Part shown: positions 8,675 through 12,527 of the stretch, in pieces
Position numbering within the stretch: position 1 is the first letter of the stretch
How the letters are laid out: every line of letters starts with the position of its first letter
Assembly (NCBI GenBank): GCA_038108555.1
Contig: JAYNIA010000054.1
Span: forward strand, 3,392-15,918
Length of the DNA: 12,527 bases
Source: Nitrospinota bacterium
GTDB taxonomy: Bacteria > Nitrospinota > Nitrospinia > Nitrospinales > VA-1
Reading direction: 5' to 3'
The notes under the pieces: generated by a model
Seen by the model: the letters and a program-made list of their open reading frames with translations, nothing else
What the model was told of the DNA's origin: nothing
Database searches by the model: none
Translations under genes and position numbers: made by a program

Positions 8675-8822
8675 GATTTAACTCCTTTATTTCAAAATAT
8701 CAGCCCTCAGAATTTAAAAAATTCCGGGAATAACTATAACCAAAATTAATTTAAGGCTGGCTTAAAGTCCAAATTTTATAACCTTTATTTAGAGTCAGCC
8801 GATTTCTCTAGAAAAGGGGTAC

Positions 8823-8851
8823 ATATTAGAAATAATACCGGGTGCTGTCAA
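8823..8851 (-). promoter_or_regulatory. Sigma70-type promoter of the oxidoreductase operon
   Basis: Minus strand TTGACA (8851-8846), 17-nt spacer, TAATAT (8828-8823). Predicts a TSS near 8816 and a ~140-nt 5' leader. Confidence 0.72.
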
Positions 8852-8905
8852 GCCTTAAGCCTATAAAAAATGTGCTTTTATGTGGGTTTGTCCCACAGAA
8901 TTTAA

Positions 8906-9229
8906 CTAGGGTTCCTGAGGTAACATTTTCTCCAGTGAATCCAACTCCTGGAGGTATTGAAAAGCCTTTTCCAGAAACTCATTTAGGGATTTATCACTGT
9001 AGAATTTTAAGGTTTTATCGGCCAGTTCCGTCGCATGGCAAATCTCAAAACTGGTTGAGGTGTCATCATTAAATTTGACAACATCGACCTCCCAATGGAT
9101 CATTGAAATTTCTTCCTGGGGACGGCTAACTGCTGTTAAACCATAGGCTTTCACCCGATAAACGAACTGTGTCCCCCCATGTCCTGCTGGGTCTGACCGG
9201 GTTAAGAAAAGATTATCTTGTGTCAGCAT
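8906..9229 (-). CDS. Hypothetical protein (resembles a small phage-associated family)
   Basis: 107-aa ATG ORF in otherwise unoccupied space with protein-like composition; pattern GGTQFVYR..YG...WEVDVVK...ICHAT. Confidence 0.75.
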   Translation of the reverse strand: MLTQDNLFLTRSDPAGHGGTQFVYRVKAYGLTAVSRPQEEISMIHWEVDVVKFNDDTSTSFEICHATELADKTLKFYSDKSLNEFLEKAFQYLQELDSLEKMLPQEP

Positions 9230-9278
9230 TTTTATTCCAAATTCGGATTTGTGATTTATTGGCTTTGTGATGGAAACT

Positions 9279-9335
9279 TTGAAGAGAAATTTCCATGTGC
9301 TAATATACCTGAAAAAAGGGGTTTATGCTATAAAT
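9279..9335 (+). promoter_or_regulatory. Tandem extended -10 promoters for the 9414/9755 genes
   Basis: P1: TTGAAG (9279-9284), 16-nt spacer, TG-c-TAATAT (-10 at 9301-9306). P2: TG-c-TATAAA(T) at 9326-9335. Confidence 0.45.
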
Positions 9336-9354
9336 GGCCTAAAAAATAAAAACC

Positions 9355-9394
9355 ATCGATTAAATGGAACCTGGGAATTCCAGATTTAATCGAT
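9355..9394. repeat. Perfect 11-bp inverted repeat (operator or leader hairpin)
   Basis: ATCGATTAAAT (9355-9365) / ATTTAATCGAT (9384-9394), with further inner pairing GGAA/TTCC or CTGG/CCAG. Confidence 0.8.
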
Positions 9395-9413
9395 TTTCCC
9401 ATCAAAAGATATC

Positions 9414-9698
9414 ATGCAACCTATTGAAATGAATGATCCTGCTGAGATCGAACAATTTTTGAGCAAAATCAGTCTCTCCGGCAAAGGTTTCACTACAGAA
9501 TGCCTCCTCTTGGACGCTTATGATGCCGGGCTGGATTATCCCGATTATTTGAAAGCAGAAGGGGAGGACCCCAATGCATCTTATGAAGGAAAGTCTCCGG
9601 CCTGGGCAAAATACCATATGCGGCAGGGCAAACGAGTTTTTATGGTTTATGGGGAAAAGGAAAAAGAACGCAGGACGCATTTTTCCGAAACGCCCTAG
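9414..9698 (+). CDS. Hypothetical protein
   Basis: 94-aa ATG ORF downstream of plus-strand promoter motifs and co-oriented with the DUF1841-like gene; globular composition; no family recognised. Confidence 0.75.
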   Translation: MQPIEMNDPAEIEQFLSKISLSGKGFTTECLLLDAYDAGLDYPDYLKAEGEDPNASYEGKSPAWAKYHMRQGKRVFMVYGEKEKERRTHFSETP

Positions 9699-9754
9699 CC
9701 GCAAAAGCATCTTACCCCTCGAATTAAATCAAGAATTAACGAGAGTTCTGTTCC

Positions 9755-10201
9755 GTGAAATTTGATAAAGAAACACAAACCCGTATTTTAAGAGTGGCTT
9801 CGGACAGGCAACAGGGCCGGGCTATTGAAGAGTTGGACATTCGTATCTCTCATGTCATGGACCTGCACCCTGAATTTGAAGAAGTCTGGACCATGGGAGA
9901 AATGGCCGCTTACCCTCAAGAGGTGAATGGTCAGATTGTCAGTCCTTTTGTGCATACGGTTTTGCATACCATTGTGGATAGCCAGATTCGAACTGAACAA
10001 CCGGAATGTGTTTTGAAAACTTACAACAAGTTGCTTGAACAGGGAATGGAAGAGCATGATGCGCTGCATGCTATCATCGCGGTATATGCAAACCTTCATT
10101 TCTCAAGCTTCAGGCAGGGGAAGCCCTTTGATCAGTTGGATTACGAGACGCAACTGGATTATTTGTCTTTCGAGGATGCCCCTGACGAGCAGGGCGAATA
10201 G
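9755..10201 (+). CDS. DUF1841-like His-rich helical protein
   Basis: MDLHPEF...SPFVHTVLHTIVDSQI...QPECV...EHDALHAI matches my recollection of the DUF1841 pattern (HPEY...NPFLHLxLHxxIxEQ...HxAxH). GTG start. Confidence 0.78.
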   Translation: MKFDKETQTRILRVASDRQQGRAIEELDIRISHVMDLHPEFEEVWTMGEMAAYPQEVNGQIVSPFVHTVLHTIVDSQIRTEQPECVLKTYNKLLEQGMEEHDALHAIIAVYANLHFSSFRQGKPFDQLDYETQLDYLSFEDAPDEQGE

Positions 10202-10222
10202 GTTAACAACCTGGGAAAGAAG

Positions 10223-11092
10223 CTATAAGACTTTTTTAATGGTTTTTCCTAAATCCGCCGGGCTTTTCACCACTTTTATTCCGCAGCGTTTCATAACTTT
10301 CATTTTTTCTTCTGCGGTTCCCTGTCCACCCGAGATAATGGCACCTGCATGTCCCATACGACGCCCCGGAGGAGCCGTTTGACCTGCAATGAAGCCAACC
10401 ACGGGTTTGGTGACATTCTTTTTGATGAAATAGGCCGCTTCGTCTTCTGCGGTACCACCAATTTCACCAATCATACAAATGGCTTTTGTTCCCCGGTCTT
10501 TTTGGAAAAGTTTCAGTACATCAATATAACGCGTACCGATGATCGGGTCGCCTCCAATTCCAACACAAGTGGATTGACCAATTCCAAGAGCGGTCAATTG
10601 ACCCACGCATTCATAAGTCAGGGTTCCACTTCGGGAGATGATTCCAACGTTACCTTTTTTATGGATATGTGCTGGCATGATTCCGATTTTAGCCTTGCCG
10701 GGGGAAATTACACCGGGGCAGTTGGGGCCAACTAATCGGCTGTTGGTTCCCTGCAAATATTTATATACATCCACCATGTCTGCAACGGGAATTCCTTCAG
10801 TGATACAGATAATAAGTTCAATGCCCGCATCGGCGGCTTCAAAAATGGCATCCGCTGCGAATGGGGGAGGAACAAAGACCATTGTGGCATTGGCTTTGGT
10901 TTTTTTAACCGCATCCTTAACGGTATTGAACACCGGAACTTTCCCTAAAACGGTTTGCCCGCCTTTTCCCGGGGTCACTCCGCCCACTACCTTGGTTCCA
11001 TATAACATGGATTGCTCGGTGTGAAACATTCCTTCACGACCGGTAATCCCTTGAGTAATCAGTCTGGTTTTTTCATCAACGAGTATGCTCAT
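10223..11092 (-). CDS. sucD: Succinyl-CoA synthetase alpha subunit
   Basis: [53 protein letters not shown] (phospho-His). ATGA overlap with the sucC stop at 11089-11092. Confidence 0.96.
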   Translation of the reverse strand: MSILVDEKTRLITQGITGREGMFHTEQSMLYGTKVVGGVTPGKGGQTVLGKVPVFNTVKDAVKKTKANATMVFVPPPFAADAIFEAADAGIELIICITEGIPVADMVDVYKYLQGTNSRLVGPNCPGVISPGKAKIGIMPAHIHKKGNVGIISRSGTLTYECVGQLTALGIGQSTCVGIGGDPIIGTRYIDVLKLFQKDRGTKAICMIGEIGGTAEDEAAYFIKKNVTKPVVGFIAGQTAPPGRRMGHAGAIISGGQGTAEEKMKVMKRCGIKVVKSPADLGKTIKKVL

Positions 11093-12249
11093 TTTATTGC
11101 CTTGACCACTTTTTGGGCTCCATCTTTCATTCCATCACCAATCAGGAAATTAAGACCGGAGTCTTTGAGAATTTGATGTCCTTCTTCCATATTCGTTCCT
11201 TCCATACGAACCACAACTGGAATTTTGATATGGAGTTTTTTAGTTGCTGCAACGACTCCTCTTGCTAAAACATCACAACGAAGAATACCGCCAAAAATAT
11301 TAATAAAGATCCCTTTAACGGATTTGTCTGAAATAAGAATTCGAAATCCGTTTTCAATCATTTCTTCATCCGCTCCACCACCGACATCCAGAAAGTTGGC
11401 CGGCTCTCCACCTGATAATTTGATAATGTCCATAGTGGCCATTGCCAATCCGGCTCCATTTACCATACAACCGATGTTGCCATCGAGTTTGATGTAGTTG
11501 AGATGGAATTTGCTGGCTTCCACTTCTGTTGGATCTTCTTCATCAATATCTCGGTAGGTCTGAGTGTCTTTGTGTCGATACATTGCATTGTCATCAATGT
11601 CTACTTTGGCATCCAAAGCCAGTACTCGATCATCCGTAGTGATGACCAGTGGATTGATTTCTAGCATCGAACAATCTTCTTTTAAAAAAGCATTGTAGAG
11701 ATTGATGATGAAGGGAACGATTGCCTTTAATGCTGCACCTTCAAGGTTCAATGCGAAAGCTATTTTCCGCGCCAGGTAAGGTTGAACTCCGGCAACCGGA
11801 TCGACTGTTTCTTTGATTATTTTTTCAGGAGTTGCTGCGGCCACTTCTTCAATTTCCATACCGCCGGCTTCAGAAGCCATGATGAGAACCTGACTCGATT
11901 CACGATCCACAAGAATGCCCATATAGAGTTCTTTGGCTATTCCCATACCCTCTTCAATGAGAACTTTTTTTACGAGACGGCCTTCCGGTCCGGTTTGGGG
12001 CGTGACCAGGGTCATTCCAATAATGTCACCGGCATGCTTTTCTGCTTCTTGAGGACTTTTGGCGAGTTTGACACCGCCTCCCTTACCCCGCCCTCCAGCG
12101 TGAATTTGTGCTTTTACAACGACAACATCGGTTCCAATTTTTTTAGCTGCTTTTGCAGCTTCTGATTTGTTAGAGATCAGAATTCCATTGGGAACAGCAA
12201 CATTGTATTTTCTGAGAATTTCTTTGGCTTGATATTCGTGGATCTTCAT
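11089..12249 (-). CDS. sucC: Succinyl-CoA synthetase beta subunit
   Basis: [68 protein letters not shown]. Start moved to ATG 12249 (386 aa), the canonical N-terminus. Confidence 0.96.
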   Translation of the reverse strand: MKIHEYQAKEILRKYNVAVPNGILISNKSEAAKAAKKIGTDVVVVKAQIHAGGRGKGGGVKLAKSPQEAEKHAGDIIGMTLVTPQTGPEGRLVKKVLIEEGMGIAKELYMGILVDRESSQVLIMASEAGGMEIEEVAAATPEKIIKETVDPVAGVQPYLARKIAFALNLEGAALKAIVPFIINLYNAFLKEDCSMLEINPLVITTDDRVLALDAKVDIDDNAMYRHKDTQTYRDIDEEDPTEVEASKFHLNYIKLDGNIGCMVNGAGLAMATMDIIKLSGGEPANFLDVGGGADEEMIENGFRILISDKSVKGIFINIFGGILRCDVLARGVVAATKKLHIKIPVVVRMEGTNMEEGHQILKDSGLNFLIGDGMKDGAQKVVKAIK

Positions 12250-12284
12250 GAAATTTTTTTGTTTAAAGGGAAAAAAGTGACCCA

Positions 12285-12313
12285 ATTTTTAACATAAAAA
12301 AACAGATTGTCAA
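12285..12313 (-). promoter_or_regulatory. Probable sigma70 promoter of sucCD
   Basis: Perfect TTGACA at 12313-12308, then 16-17 nt later TG-T-TAAAAAT (imperfect -10), with an A/T-rich tract upstream. Confidence 0.45.
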
Positions 12314-12527
12314 AAAAATAATAGATCTAATCCACATTCCAAGCGATATGTTCGATAAGTCATTATTATTGAATAGGATATGAGTGGTTTTATCATTGGT
12401 CATATGTGGAATAAATTAATTTTTGATTTGCTCTTTGCATTAAGTAAGGACTTTTTGTGGGAACCAAAAAAATTTGGCCTGCCCCATTAAGTTGTATCAC
12501 TCTTTAAGTTAGTATTTCCACCTTTGG

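Noticed and set aside
8881..8897. TGTGGG-N5-CCCACA as terminator of the 8906-9229 gene
   Set aside because: On the minus strand it is followed by TAAAAG, not a U-tract. It could be an operator upstream of the -35, but support is too thin.
9402..10382. ORFs 9402-9710 (-), 9574-9765 (+), 9788-10099 (-) and 10035-10382 (+)
   Set aside because: They overlap the better supported 9414-9698, 9755-10201 and sucD genes and have atypical composition.
10349..12165. Overlapping ORFs at 10349, 10638, 10732, 11225 and 11782
   Set aside because: Antisense or off-frame shadows of sucD and sucC.
10223..12249. Citryl-CoA synthetase or ATP-citrate lyase instead of SucCD
   Set aside because: The beta subunit keeps the canonical SCS motifs [11 protein letters not shown] and NIFGGIxRCD, and both subunits have SCS-typical lengths.
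1..12527. CRISPR array, tRNA/rRNA, IS element, prophage or defence system
   Set aside because: I saw no spaced direct-repeat array, cloverleaf, transposase, integrase or nuclease motifs. The window is almost fully tiled by housekeeping genes.

Overview
Core-genome window from an AT-rich bacterium, most likely a chemolithoautotroph using the reductive TCA cycle (Nitrospinota/Nitrospirota-like, inferred from the For/Por-type oxoacid:ferredoxin oxidoreductase). Nearly all genes are on the minus strand. In transcription order: sucC-sucD; two plus-strand genes (hypothetical, DUF1841-like); a hypothetical resembling a small phage protein family; an oxidoreductase operon alpha-beta-gamma-epsilon with no adjacent delta subunit, a sigma70 promoter and a strong terminator; ndk; then a tightly packed run of a secreted hypothetical, an FmdB-type Zn ribbon, a 6-pyruvoyl-tetrahydropterin synthase, folE, phoH/ybeZ, ybeY, a HIT protein and mutS. 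mutS is missing from the ORF track and runs off the left edge. I saw no CRISPR array, RNA gene, IS or integrase, and I cannot show a new system outright. The best leads are: a ~140-nt structured leader of the oxidoreductase operon with complementary hairpin loops and an alternative pairing site near the RBS; an animal-like C-x5-HGH pterin synthase overlapping folE; the missing delta subunit; and a repeat-rich divergent promoter region driving uncharacterised genes inside the rTCA cluster. All family calls come from recalled motifs, not database searches.
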